A stretch of DNA of 64,000 nt from Squalus acanthias (GCA_030390025.1 CM059433.1:2604001-2668000), one strand, 5' to 3'. Positions 13,551 through 27,090 are shown, numbered from the stretch's first letter. The notes: generated by a model from the letters alone, not told the origin. Numbers and translations: made by a program.

Positions 13551-13626
13551 GAAAACATCCATATATTAAAAGTTCATTAAAAATTCTGGATTGTCAGACG
13601 CACACACCCTACTGTGTGGAAACTAA

Positions 13627-14446
13627 GGGCTGGATTTTACCAGCCCTGATGAGGCGGGTTTGGAGGTGGGACTGCTGAAAAATGGGAAAAATTGGGAGCG
13701 GGTCCCAGCACCGCTCCCAACCCGCCTCCGAACCATCTTCCCGGGAGGCAGGTCCCCGACGCGCGCAGGGACCCGTCTCCTCAAGGCGGGAAGGGGTTAG
13801 AGCCAATTAACTGCCTGTTAACAAGCATTTAACAGGCAGTTTTGAGGCTTTTCCCCATTTTACGCCTGCAAGTGCGGGCTTCCTGACGGCTGCGAACCTC
13901 GCCAGGGTCAGCGAGGTGAGCAGTGGGTCTGCGGGGGTGAGAGGGGTCAAAATGTCAGCTGTAGAGGTGAGTGATGGGTGCAAGTGTGGACAGGTAAGTA
14001 TGAGAGTCGAGTGTAAAGTGTTGGAAAAAGTTTCCTTACCTTTGTTTCTTTCTGCAGGCTTCAACCTTTGAGGATCCGGAGGTGCCTCATCTCAATGGCA
14101 GAGATGACAGAATGGATGCTGCATTCTCAGATGGAGAGAGGTCTTGGTGAGCCTTCTGTGCAAGGGCTCAGCTTAGAACACAGATTGTCAGTGTTTGATA
14201 GCTTCTCAAAGCTGTCAAACGCTGACAATTCATCTGTCAAAAATTTTTTGACAGATGAAGCGTCGTGCGCTGACGTCATCTGTCACCGGCTTTCCCTTAA
14301 TTGGCCGGCTAAGTCCACAGGGCGGGCTTAACAAGGCCAATCAAGGGAAAATAGCCTGGGTTCGCCAGACGTCGCTGGGGGCAGAACTGAAACCCGGAAA
14401 CCAGAAGTCCCGCCTCCAGCACATCTCCAGAGGTAAGATCGCGGCC
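13627..14446. mobile_element. Non-autonomous Harbinger-type element (family B)
   Basis: Imperfect TIRs GGGCTGGATTTTACC / GGTAAGATCGCGGCC with TAA/TAT flanks. Homologous in reverse to 22730-23533. Confidence 0.75.
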
Positions 14447-15796
14447 TATGGTTTTAATGAGAAATGTAATTATTCTTCCTTGGTGAATCGCTCACATATT
14501 AAACAACAACTCTGGAAAACCTCTTTAAAAATGTGTAGACTTTATGAAAATGTGAATAATTACATTTCATGAACTCCAATTAGACGGGTTATCATATTTA
14601 TTTGAATTAACTACTGTCTGTACACTGCTTATCTTCCACTTTTTGTAGTTATATAAATAGCCCAATTTCAATGGATAACGAAGTCATGATATATATGTGT
14701 TAACCAGCAATACCTGAATATTGACGGGAGTTTAAATGTGTTAGAATTCATCGACAGCATCATATCCATGTAGACATTCAAGTTTATAGTGTTTGTGAAT
14801 TTTAAATATATTTAACAACATTTTAAAAAATTACCTGATAAGAAATGCTAAGCAACAAGGTGCGCATTTGGACATCATGAGTGATTCAGATTTTTTAATT
14901 TTCTAATATTTAATTTAATTCTGAGCACCTTGATTGCATTACTGGAAATAAATAATCTCCTTCAATTGCAGGAAAGTACATTTCCGTTGAATATTTTCTA
15001 GTAATTGCTGAATCCAGCAAAATACTTTAAAGATAAAACGTATAATTAAAAATGAGCATCTACCGTGTGGAGCACACATGCTGGGATCCAGGCTCAAATC
15101 ATATCCTTGACTGACTTTTACACTTAAATAGCCCCAGTGGGTGATTTCAGTGGTTCATCACTGACCCATTAGAAACGCCACCTCTTCATTGCAGAATGCT
15201 CCATGTGGGGTTAATGCAAGTTTTCAGTTTAGCTGTTATTCATTTGAGCCTAGATTTTTCAATATTCCCCTTACTTATACCAGGAGTAGCTATTGTTCGG
15301 TTTTAGACAGACTCCAGTGGAAGTGGGCTGCTTATATTCAATATTCCGTGGTCAGCTCATTAGCATAGTTAAAGGTGCCGATTCAGACAGGTGCAGGCAA
15401 CATGTGAGGAGTGGAAGCATAACATTTTGTGTAAGAAGAATGTAAAGTGATGGAGTTGGGGCCATGTAAAGGAGACTGGCATAATATGGACAAAAATACT
15501 TTGGAGAGCCTCAAACGATATCTCAGCACGTTATCATTCTTTGCCAAGGCTGTCTGGGTAGAGGACCAAAAAGAAACGGGCAACAATGAAGGAAATCAAA
15601 GGTTCAGGACTGAGTTTGCAGGCAACACCTGGGCTCCTGTTTGACAGCTGCTGAAGTGGACCAATGCTGCATGGTGTATTTGTGAGGAAGGTTGTCCTCT
15701 ATGTCACTCCACAGCACAAACCCCGTAGGTCAGCTTTGCACATGCCTGTAAGGAGAGGCGTCCATGTTTCAGTCCACAGCTGACCTTTACCGTTAT

Positions 15797-16495
15797 GACA
15801 TGTGCCATCGTCGAATCCCCCACCGTCAACATCCTGGGGGTCACCATTGACCAGAAACTTAACTGGACCAGACACATAAATACTGTGGCAACAAGAGCAG
15901 GTCAGAGGCTAGGTATTCTTTGGCGAGTGTCTCACCTCCTGACTCCCCAAAGCCTTTCCACCATCTACAAGGCACAAGTCAGGTGTGTAATGGAATACTC
16001 TCCACTTGCCTGGATGAGTGCAGCTCCAACAACACTCAAGAAGCTCGACACCATCCAGGGCAAAGCAGCCCGCTTGATTGGCACCCCATCCACCACCTTA
16101 AACGTTCACTTCCACCACCACCGGCGTACCATGGCTGCAGTGTGTACCATCTACAAGATGCACTGTAGCAACTAACCAAGGCTTCTCGGCAGCACCTCCC
16201 AAACCCGCAACCTCTTCCACCTAGAAGGACAAGGGAAGCAGGTGCATGGGAACACCACCAGCTCCAAGTTCTCCTCAAAGTCACACACTATCCTGACTTG
16301 GAAATATATCGGCCGTTCCTTCATTGTCGCTGTGTCAAAATCCTGGAACTCCCTCCCTAACAGCACTGTGGGAGTACCTTCACCACACGGACTGCAATAC
16401 TTCAAGAAGGCGGCTCATTTTTTGCCCATTAGGGATGGGCAATAAATGCTGGCCTTGCCAGCGATGCCCACATCCCAGGATTGAATAAAAAAGAA
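15797..16495 (+). mobile_element. CR1-group LINE 3' end (divergent lineage)
   Basis: ILGVTIDQKLNWTRHI..IYKAQVRCVMEYS. Tail AATAAATGCTGGCCTTGCCAGCG..AATAAAAAA. Confidence 0.8.
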
Positions 16496-16543
16496 ATAAT
16501 TTTCCAGAGGACTTCCAACCATTTGCCATACCAGCCACCCAAG

Positions 16544-16965
16544 GTGTCAGCCTCTGAGTCAGGAGATCGTGTGGTCAAGTCCCACTCCAGAGACTTGAGC
16601 ACAATTTCTAGGCTGGCAGTCCATTGCAGTGCTGAGGAAGTGCTGCACTGTCGGTGGAGCCATCTTTCAGATGAGACATTAAACTGAGGCCCTGTCTGCC
16701 CAGTCAGGTGGAGGTAAAAGATCCCATGGTACTATTCAAAAAAAGAGCAAGGGAGTTCTCCCTGGTGTCCGGGCTAATATTTATCTCTCAACCAACATCA
16801 CTGGTCATTATCACATTGCTGTTTGCTGTGAGCAAATTGTCTGCCGTGTTTCCTACATTATAACAGTGATTACACTTCAAAAGTACTTCTTGGGCTGTAA
16901 GGCGCTTTAGGACGTCCTGAGGTTGTGAAAAGTGCTATTTAAACGCAAATCTTTCTCTTTCTTTC
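16544..16965 (+). mobile_element. tRNA-derived DeuSINE (SacSINE1-like) with its A-box region deleted
   Basis: Homologous to 50031-50487 and 53930-54390. Deu-like core GATGAGAC.TTAAAC.GAGG..AAAGATCCCATGG. Confidence 0.8.
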
Positions 16966-17672
16966 TGTTACATCACAAGAATAGATGACTGGCATTGAAA
17001 AATCCAGGTTTTGATTTATTCCCAGCAACACACACCTGAGGTCAAACAACAACAGTACGATGCATTAACTCAACACATTTTATGCCTGCGTTCACTTTCT
17101 GTCTGTACACTCGATCTCCTGTTGTCATGTTCTAGTCACACTTTTTGTGTAACCTTGTTTCCATTATAAATTCTTCTATCCACATTTAGAATGGAAATGC
17201 TTATGAATTCAATCCAGTAGAGGCCTCCTCCCGCTCCCATCCATCCACCTTGGTGGGTCTCATTTCCACCTTTGGTTATGGCAGGTTCCCCATTGGCAGC
17301 AGGAATCCCACTGGGAACTCGCTCTGCATGGCCAATGACTGTCAACCACAGGAACATGGATCGGGTCAGAGGGTGGAGTTGGAAGGGTGGGTGGAAGTGT
17401 CTCTCCCCCAAAGTGGAGAATCCTGCCCAACGTGTCTTTCTTCATGTAATGTTAACTCAATTAAAAAAATAAACAGCTTAATTTGAAATTCAGTTAAATC
17501 CTTCATCTATGTTGTGTTGACAGTTAGAAAGGTCAGTGTTAACGGTTTACACCTGTGAAAGAAAGATTATAGTTTCTAACAGCTATGAGATGGATGAAGA
17601 GAGAGAGAGAGAGAAAGGTAGTCAGTTTATTTCCTTCTTCTAATTTGATTTATTTTAAAATAAAAACACTTT

Positions 17673-18565
17673 GGGGGAGAAATTCAGTATCGCCCCATTT
17701 GTGGCGCAATTATCGACTGGGCGCAAAGATTAGCGCCTGGCGCTAATTATCGCCACCGACTGCAAACTTGACTTTTATCGCCCCTGGAGGTGATTGGAGC
17801 GCTAAATCAGGTGCTTCACACCTGTCTTAAGGCGCAAAGGCCGAGGAGCGAGGCGCTACCTCAGAGCGCTGGCGAAGCTCATGTAATGTCAGTCAACAAT
17901 GGAACACACACACAATGACACGGGTCAGTTCTTAAAGGGGATGGTTAATCTTGCTTTCCATCCACATCCTGCTCATTGCAGCCTTGAATCTCGGCCTGGA
18001 GAGACCTGCACATCAAATCTGCTGGAAAGATCAATGGAGAGTAGCAGGCAAAGAGCTCAGAGTGCAGCCCCCACAGTCTCTTCTAAATCGATACAAGGAA
18101 TGGCAAATCAAAATGAAGCTGCAAAGTGCTGCTCAGTACCCAAAACTCCTTCACACAACATTGAATCTCTCCAGAATTCTCTCCCTCTCTCGCTCAGAAT
18201 GCATAGTTCAAAAATGGCACCAACAATAAAAGGCAGGAAGCGGTCACCTTTAAATAGCGCTCCCCCTTTCCCTTCATGACTGCAGTACGCTCCCCTCAAC
18301 CTGTCATTGCTAGCGTCAGGCGGTAAGGCAGGGGGCGCCACTCAATATCCGCTCCGGGGCGATACCGGGGCGTTGCGCACTCGACTGATGTCACGATCTG
18401 CGGGCGCAGGAGATCATGGCGGTAGTGTTTAGCGCCGCCGCAAAATGTCTAGTTAATTTCACGAGCGGCGCAAACTTCGCCGCGCCTGGGCGCTAGATGC
18501 TTTGCGCCCCATTAGCGCCCTCTTAAAGTGCTAACGGGAGGCGCAACCAACTGAATTTTTCCCCC
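17673..18565 (+). mobile_element. ~895-bp Harbinger-type MITE family A, copy 1
   Basis: TIR GGGGGAGAAATTCAGT...ACTGAATTTTTCCCCC, 3-bp TSD TTT, dense GGCGC subterminal motifs. Confidence 0.9.
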
Positions 18566-19098
18566 TTTGAATTTTGAAAAGAAACAAAGCGTCTTAGAGT
18601 GGAACAGGTAGAAAGATAGGGTGGGAGTGGAATGGGAGGGAGAAAATAGTTCAGGCTAAGGGAGGGGTGGTTCTAGTCTCGCACCACCTTGACCTGGGGA
18701 GCAACGGGAGTGGGAGGAGTGGCTAGAGAATTGAGAAGGAGACGAGTGACAGCAGAGCAAGGAGGTGGGGAGGATAAAGGGGTTAAGCACGTAGATGATA
18801 AAGGAAGAGATAGGAGTAGTGATGGGAATGGCAGTGTGGTAGGATGGGGAATGGGACTCAATGGGGCCAAGAGGGTGGGAGGAAAGGATTGGTCGGGAAC
18901 GTCTGAAAGCAACATCTTCCCTGCAAGCCCTATCCTAAATGCCATCTGCAGCTGTTGGTGGTTCCTTTCCACCACACCATACCACCAACTACCTCCCACC
19001 CAAAAGGAAAGAAAAAAAAAGACAGAGAGAGAAGAAAAAGAAGAGTTAAGGGGAGTGAAGCAAAAGAAGAGAGAGAGAGAAAGAGAGAGAGAGACAAT

Positions 19099-20130
19099 GG
19101 CTTGAATTTTGTAGTCAGCGGTGAAAGAACGGCGCTCACCGTTCACCTCGCTGATAGCTGTCCAGAAAGTTCTTGCGGGCTTTAGAGCGAAGACTTGCTC
19201 CAATCCTGCATCTGATCCAGCGTAGCGCCCTCTACAGGGCATCTATGGCGTCTATGAGCTGGGAACGAAACAGCGAGGATCTTCAACCAATCAGATTGAA
19301 GGATCTTCACTAAGACATAAGAACATAAGAATTAGGAGCAGGAGTGGGCCATACGGCCCCTCGAGCCTGCTCCGCCGTACGGCCCCTCGAGCCTGCTCCG
19401 CTGTACGGCCCCTCAAGCCTGCTCTGCCATATGGCCCCTCGAGCCTGCTCCGCCATTCAATAAGATCATGGCTGATCACCGACCTCAACTCCACTTTCCC
19501 GCCTGATCCCCATATCCCTTGATTCCCCTAGAGTCCAAAAATCTATCGATCTCAGCCTTGAATATATTCAATGATTCAGCATCCACAACCCTTTCGGGGT
19601 GAGTCTAAAGCAGGAAATATAAACCAGGAAGTATAAATTAGATTTAAATCATGTACAGAAAGCAAAATAAAGATTGGGAAAGACAGATGGGATTAAGAGA
19701 GAGATAAAAGAGACAGACAGAAAAAGTAAAAAAAATTTTTTAAAATAAAATCTCCAACACTAATTAACTTCTGAAGGAATGAGACTCCACACTTGTCAAA
19801 TTAAATTTTCAAGACCAGAGGGGTTGTTTGGCAGTAATTATTACTTATCATGCCCTTAAAAATTCACTTAGTCCTGAATGCACCAGCCCTAACATTTTCT
19901 GACGTGTTTAGTGGGTGATTATGGGTAAGTTCAGCAACTTTACGCTGTTACATCTATTTCAAAGCTGAGTCTATCGGCAAGGTTTGTTATAGCCAGCCTG
20001 TGGAGGAGCTGGGTAACTGGGATCGCAACTTACGGTTTTCCGCATTTATCTTCGCATGTGCGCACTCTGGAAGTTTCTGTCCGATTCACTCCGGCGCTAA
20101 CAGCCTCATCATGCCTTGTCAGTGTTGCCC
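19099..20130. mobile_element. Degenerate non-autonomous DNA-transposon-like element containing a CR1 tail
   Basis: Starts GGCTTGAATTTTG. Loosely similar to 57895-58628 (shared AAGTTGCGATC motif on opposite strands). Right end unclear. Confidence 0.45.
19315..19595 (-). mobile_element. CR1 3' tail with a 4x 26-bp internal duplication
   Basis: (CATAAGAA)n tail. Unit CCATACGGCCCCTCGAGCCTGCTCCG repeated at 19349-19452. Confidence 0.88.
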
Positions 20131-20551
20131 ACATCCCAAGAGCACATTAAAAGAAAAAACCATACATGCCATTGGCACAAGTGCAACAGAATTGAACTGC
20201 TACGATGCCTGAAGAAGCCAACCCCATCCCGAATTGTGAGAATGATCCGTGTGAATGGCTGGTGCTTTAGCCTTTGATTAATCAATTGATTAGCCTTTTA
20301 AAGGTTTGGGCCTTTTCAAGATGACAACTAGTGTGTGAGTTCCCCTGAGGCTGCATCAGGGTGGGATAGGGTAGCTTAGGATCTTTTCCAGACATGCGCC
20401 TTTGATGTGAAGGGGTAGGCAGAAAATCCACCCACGGCCTTCCTTACCGGAATTTAAAGGGCCCGCATAAGCAGGGAAGGATCCTGGCATGAACAGGCTC
20501 CTGGCTCCCACCCTGGGCAGAAATCTTCCTTTCCACCCATGTGGGTCCATA

Positions 20552-21447
20552 GGGGGAGAAATTCAGTATCGCCCCATTTGGGGCGCAATTATCGGCCGGG
20601 CGCAAAGATTAGCGCCTGGCGCAAATTATCGCCACCGACTGCAAACTTGACTTTTATCGCCCCTGGAGGTGATTGGAGCGCTAAATCAGGCGCTACACAC
20701 CTCTCTTAAGGTGCAAAGGCCGAGGAGCGAGGCGCTACCTCAGAGCGCTGGCGAAGCTCATGTGATGTCAGTCAGCAATGGAACACACACACAATGGCAC
20801 GGGCCAGTTCTTAAAGGGGATGGTTAATCTTGCTTTCCATCCACATCCTGCTCATTGCAGCCTTGAATCTCGGCCTGGAGAGACCTGCACATCAAATCTG
20901 CTGGAAAGAACAATGGGGAGTACCAGGGAAAGAGCTCAGAGTGCAGCCCCCACAGTCTCTTCTAAATCGATACAAGGAATGGCAAATCAAAATGAAGCTG
21001 CAAAGTGCTGCTCAGTACCCAAAACTCCTTCACACAACGTTGAATCTCTTCAGAAGTCTCTCTCTCTCTCTCTCTCAGAATGCGTAGTTCAAAAATGGCA
21101 CCAACAATAAAAGGCAGGAAGCGGTCACCTTTAAATAGCGCTCCCCCTTTCCCTTCATGACTGCAGAACCCTCCCCTCAACCTGTCGTTGCTAGCGTCAG
21201 GCGGTAAGGCAGGGGGGCGCCACTCAATATCCGCTCCGGGGCGATACCGGGGCGTTGCGCACTCGACTGACGTCACGATCTGCCGGCGCAGGAGATCGTG
21301 GCGGTAGTGTTTAGCGCTGCCGCAAAATCTCTAGTTAATTTCGCGAGCGGCGCAAACTTCGCCGCGCCTGGGCGCTAGATGCTTTGCGCCCCATTAGCGC
21401 CCTCTTAAGGCGCTAACGGGAGGCGCAACCAACTGAATTTTTCCCCC
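20552..21447 (+). mobile_element. MITE family A, copy 2
   Basis: Same TIRs, TSD ATA, near-identical to copy 1. Confidence 0.9.
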
Positions 21448-21696
21448 ATAGAGTTTATTCTGCCTGTATTTGTAGAGGAGCTGAAGGCTGGGGAAAGGTC
21501 TCATATATATAAATAAAATAGGAGGAAGCGGCAGCTGTAAGGCAAACTAAGATTTACCATCTGCCTACCCTAATAAATAACAGAATAGAGAAAGGTAAAA
21601 TGTAATAAGCAAACAGAGTCAGATATAGAGCAGTAATACTTCTCATTCTCAGTTGTCAGCTCTCGCTACAATTCAAATATAAGCATAATGAATCTT

Positions 21697-22200
21697 AGGA
21701 ACACAGGAACAGGAGGAGGCCATTCAGCCCCTTGAGCCTGCTCCGCCATTCAATGAGATCATGGCTGATCTGTGACCTAACTCCATATACCTACCTTTGA
21801 CCCATATCCCTTAATATCTTTGGTTAACAGAAAGCTATCAATCTCCGATTTAAACTTAATAATTAATCTAGCATCAATTGCCATTTGCGGAAGAGAGTTC
21901 CAAACTTCTACCACCCTTTGTGTGTAGAAGTGTTTCCTAATTTCACTCCTGAAAGGTCTGGCTCTAATTTTTAGACTATGCCCCTAGTCCTAGAATCCCC
22001 AACCAGCAGAAATAGTTTCTCTCTATCTACCCCATCTGTTCCCCTTAATATCTTGAAAACTTCGATCAGATCACCCCTTAACCTTCTAAATTCTAGGGAA
22101 TACAAACCTTAGTTTGTGTAATCTCTCCTCGTAACTTAGCCCTTGAAGTCCAGGTATCATTCTGGTAAACCTACGCTGCACTCCCTCCAAGGCCAATATA
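21697..22200 (-). mobile_element. CR1 3' fragment
   Basis: CR1 3' UTR plus degenerate RT C-terminus. Confidence 0.85.
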
Positions 22201-22729
22201 CCGTATATAATCTTGATCCTAAACATAACACTGGTGCTTTAGGACCAGAATTCAATATGCTTTTTTATATATAAATACTTTTAAAATGTGACAAACGATA
22301 GGAAGAGATAAGACACAAACTATTCTGTATTTGTATAGCATATAAAGTTTTTTTTTCTCTCATTATTATTTCTTCCTTTTCCCGCAGTGGTTCATTTTCT
22401 AAACCATAGGGTTTCCCTGCAATTGTGACAACACCGGCAGACAGTATAATGCCCATCACTTTATTTTATAAATCTCATTTTTAAAAAGTAGTTATCATAA
22501 GTGGTAACATGGATAATACAAAAGGAGAATATTGTTAAATTATGTATGTATTGGCTTTTTAACAATTTTGCTTTTATTTAGAAAACATCACGCTGGAAAT
22601 ATTGCACAGATGTGGAATGGATTGATTGGCAAGATGTGGAATGGATTGGTTGGCAAGTTACTGCATGATCCAGAAGACACAGCCAGCAGATTTTTTTCAA
22701 ATTGTCAGAAGTTTTATTGTTGGAACCAT

Positions 22730-23533
22730 GGAGGTGATTTTGCCAATGAGGGCGCGTAGGTGGCGGGACTGCTGCTTGTCAGTTCGTTGTCCCGCCTCCA
22801 TCGACTTGTGGCCAACCCACGCTATTTTGCCTTGATTGACCTTTTTCAGCCCGCCCAGCGGGCTTAGCAGGCTAATGAAGGGGAAGCCGGTTACAGAGAA
22901 CGTCAGCGTATGACGTTTCATCTGTCAAAAATTTTTGTGAAGCTGTCAAACACTGACATTCTCTGTTGTTTGATGAGTTCTTGTATTCAAGACTCATCAA
23001 ACCTCTTTCTTTAGCAGAAATTAGATGGTAGTTGCATCGGAGAATGCAGCAGCCATTTGTCATCTCTGCCGGTGAGATGCGAGAGTCTCCGCATCCCCAA
23101 CTGTTGAAGCCTGCAGGGAGAAACAAAGGTAAGTAAACATTTTCTATCACTTTTCACTCACCTCACATACTTACCTCTCCACACTTGCACCCATCACTCA
23201 CCTCCACAGTGCACTTTTGCACCCCGCAGACCCCCGCAGACCCACTGCTCGCCTCGGTGACCCTGGCGGGGTTTCCCGACATCGAGAAGCTCGCGCCTCT
23301 CCTGGAAAAATGGGGATAATCCTCTTAACTGCCTGTTAACTACCTGTTAACAGGCAGTTAAGTGGCTGTAATCCCCTTCCTGCCTCCAGGAGACGTGACC
23401 CGGCTACCCACCTCCTGGGAAGATGGCACGGAGGCGGGTTGAAGGCGGGATGGGTACCCGCCCCCAGATTCTGCCATTTTCCCGGCAGTCCCGCCTCCAT
23501 ACCCGCCTCCCCAGGGCTGGTGAGATCGCCCCC
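22730..23533. mobile_element. Non-autonomous Harbinger-type element (family B), opposite orientation
   Basis: TIR GGAGGTGATTTTGCC / GGTGAGATCGCCCCC, TSD CAT. Homologous to 13627-14446. Confidence 0.78.
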
Positions 23534-25408
23534 CATGACTCCCTTTTTGCTCAATGGCCACTATTTACGTCAATCAACAATTGTTCTTTTTTTGTGAATG
23601 GGGAGTTTGAGGCAATCATTATGCTTCATGCCTGACAGACACCTGCCACATCATACACACACATTTCTCTACAGAGGTGCATCAGGTGTAAGCCTTTTTA
23701 TATGCAGATAGTGCTGTGGTTGTAGGCTCATTTCTTCATATCAATTTTCGGAAGAGTTGAACATTTCTCTGGCGGAGCACCATCGCTTGACTGCCTTGGC
23801 CAGTTTTGTTTTTTCACAAATGGCAGTGACTGATAGAAATCAGGTCAAATCCCATGACATTTAAGATTGTCTATTCACTGAATCTTGCCTCCACGAGAAA
23901 AAAATAGTGAAACCTTTTGTTTTGTTTGGGCTGGAGAGAAGATTCATCACTTTCATCAAAATAACATCAAGCATAACACGATGATGCTTTGAAATGCACC
24001 TAACTTTATGTTTTTGAAAGCAAAAAAAAAGCTTTCCCAACTATTTTCATGAGGGCAGAATCCCTTTAAAAATAAATATAGTTCTGATGCTTCATAATTA
24101 ATTGAAATCAAATCTAGTTGCGTCATTAAAATCAACTTAAGCACAAATATTAGAGTGTTCTTATTTGGTCATTCTCTTTGCATCTCCCTTGTCTTTATTA
24201 ATGTTTCCATTTAGTATTTTTTGGTTTTCAAAATCTTTTCTGAAGATCTGTCTCTCTACCTCTCTCTGTCCTATATTGCGTTCAATTGTTCCGACCTCTC
24301 TTCCTCTTCCTCACCTACTTTATTCTGCTGCAATCCTCTTCAGACCGGTTTTACTATTTTTTGTCATCCCTCCCCTCTTGTTTTCCGAAGATGCTTTTCA
24401 ATGTTTCCATTTAAATCCATGCATCCTGTGTCTAAATCTTAATGGCCACTTCGGGGCTGGCACTTAATTTTCATCCCAAGGCAGATGTGTTGGAATGGCT
24501 ACTTTCTCAATAAAAATACTACATGTTTAATTGCCGATATTTTAAATCCTAGTCATGTTACATTACAAAACTTGCACAGCCAATACTAGCAACGAATTAT
24601 TTCTTGAAAACTTAAAGGGGTAGCAAATCACAGATATACAAATTCAAAATAACGTAAAGAAACGATGTGGTCATCCTGAACACGTTGCAGGCGTCTGAAA
24701 TAAGCTAAAAGGGGTAATCCTAGCCTTATGGGAAATCATAAACACAAACAGCCAGGAATTGCCAGATGTTTATAATCAAGGCTGCTGCCAGCTTTAACGA
24801 GAATCTGAGCAAAACTGCAGCCCAGTGGACTGATTAATGTCTGACAATTTGTGGGTAAATAAGGGTAAGAGTTTTAGAGGCGTCTTCAATAATTCCGATA
24901 TCAGAAAAGGTGCTTGGAAACAAAAAGGGGTGTAACGCTTAATTGGGATCCTGTTCTTCATCAAACTAATTAAAATCTGTCAATTATAGTTTCGGACATG
25001 TGACTATCCTGTTCAATAGTACCTTGAAAAAGCATTCATTGAGCATCTTGTCAGGTCATTATGGTTATATCCCCTGTAGTGGGATTTACTTAGTAAAAGT
25101 AAAATATTTAAGGTTGCTCACCCAAAGCAGAAGGTTTTAAGAAGGTTTCGTGATCGTTCTTGCATATCTTGTGGGATTTAGTGTTCATCATCTAACAATG
25201 ACTATATTCGTGAAAGAATGAACGAAAATATATGTCATTAATAGGAAGGATTCAAGCTGAGGTGTGGTGATGAGCAGATCCAAGGAAACCCTTGGGCACA
25301 TTTAACATTTAACATTGCACTCTATGTAGTGTAAAATCACATCAGGTCAGGTCAGATATTCACACAATAGGGTAATTTTACAAATCTGCACTCTCAGCAG
25401 AATGGTTC

Positions 25409-25908
25409 ACCTGAGATCAGAAAACTTCCCCTGGGTACCTGAGATCAGAAAGCTTCCCCATGGTACCTGAGATCAGAAAACTTCCCCTGGGTACCTGAGA
25501 TCAGAAAGCTTCCCCTGGGTACCTGAGATCAGAAAGCTTCCCCTTGGGTACCTGAGATCAGAAAGCTTCCCCTGGGTACCTGAGATCAGAAAGCTTCCCC
25601 TGGGTACCTGAGATCAGAAAGCTTCCCTTGGGTACCTGAGATCAGAAAGCTTCCCCTGGGTACCTGAGATCAGAAAGCTTCCCCTGGGTACCTGAGATCA
25701 GAAAGCTTCCCCTGGGTACCTGAGATCAGAAAGCTTCCCCTGGGTACCTGAGATCAGAAAGCTTCCCCTGGGTACCTGAGATCAGAAAGCTTCCCCTGGG
25801 TACCTGAGATCAGAAAGCTTCCCCTGGGTACCTGAGATCAGAAAGCTTCCCCTGGGTACCTGAGATCAGAAACTTCCCCTGGGTACCTGAGATCAGAAAA
25901 CTTCCCCT
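25409..25908. repeat. Minisatellite: 18 copies (last one partial) of the 28-bp unit ACCTGAGATCAGAAAGCTTCCCCTGGGT
   Basis: Units counted directly. Head-to-tail with no spacers; variants are mostly in the edge copies. Confidence 0.97.
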
Positions 25909-26327
25909 TACATCTTTAGCGATTTACACAGTATTCAAAACCAATGGTCTTGCCAATGACATAAACAAGAAAGAATCATTTGTTTTGACTTTCATTAGAA
26001 AATCAGCAGCGCCGCCAATTGGGTACCCTGACCTCCAATACTTCATTCCCCAACCCACCCTCCCATCGTAAATGCCCTTAAGGTGTTTCCTAGTATTTAA
26101 TTAATTTGGGTCACAACAGTTTTAGATTGACTGAAAGCTATCAATGAACAATTAATAGTCACCTTCAGATTGATCATTCCATAGAATAAAGTGGAAGAAG
26201 AAGCTGTGGGCCTATTCAGTAACTTCAATTGCTACAGGGGCAGAGTGATCAAAATACATTTAAAATTGCGCTGGTTCGGTTACACTTCAAGTTTCCGCTA
26301 AAATCTATTTGCATAATCACAAACGTA

Positions 26328-27090
26328 AACTGTCTGAGGCTGAACCAGACTGTTCGCAACCTTGGTGTCATATTTGACCCTGAAATGAGCTGCTCACCGC
26401 ATATCCGCGCCATAATTAAGACCGCCTATTTCCACCTCCGTAACATCGCCCGTCTCCACCCTTTCCTCAGTTCATCCGCTGCTGAAACCCTCATCCATGC
26501 CTTTGTTATCTCTAGACTTGACTATTCCAATGCACTCCTGGCTGGCCTCCCACATTCCGCCCCATATAAACTTGAGGTCATCCAAAACTCGGCTGCCCGT
26601 GTCCTAACTCGCACGAGGTCCCGTTCACCCATCACCCCTGTGCTCGCTGACCTACATTAGCTTCCGGTTAAGCAGCAGCTCAATTCAAAATTCTCACCCT
26701 TGTTTTCAAATCCCTCCAATGGCCTCGCCCCTCCCTATCGCTGTAATCTCCTTCAGCCCCACAATCTCCCCGAGATATCTGCGCTTCTCTAATTCTGCCC
26801 TCTTGAGCATCCCTGATTATAATCACTCAACCATTGGTCGCCGTGCCTTCTGTTGCCTGGGCCCTAAGCTCTGGAATTCCCTGTCTAAACCTCTCCGCCT
26901 CGCTACCTCTCTTTCCTCCTTTAAGACGCTCCTTAAAACCTACCTCTTTGACCAAGCTTTTGATCACCTGCCCTAATTTATCCTTATGTGGCTCAGTGTC
27001 AAATTTTTTGTCTTAAAATACTCCTGTGCAGCGCCTTGGGACGTTTTACTACATTAAAGGCGCTATATAAATACAAGTTATTGTTGTTGT
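26328..27090 (+). mobile_element. L2 LINE 3' end
   Basis: VRNLGVIFD..AETLIHAFVISRLDYSNALL..QNSAARVL. Tail AGGCGCTATATAAATACAAG followed by (TTG)n. Confidence 0.92.

Noticed and set aside
17899..18279. Recurrent MEHTHN.. ORF (also 20778 and 30331-30864) as a gene family
   Set aside because: It lies inside MITE copies, its frame changes with the (CT)n tract length, it is broken in copy 4, and it has no recognisable domain.
22607..22657. Two-copy repeat AGATGTGGAATGGATTGRTTGGCA behind an acceptor-like site
   Set aside because: A simple local duplication. The reading frames give no recognisable product and run into a transposon.
25409..25908. CRISPR array
   Set aside because: The units are contiguous with no unique spacers, there are no cas genes, and the context is eukaryotic.
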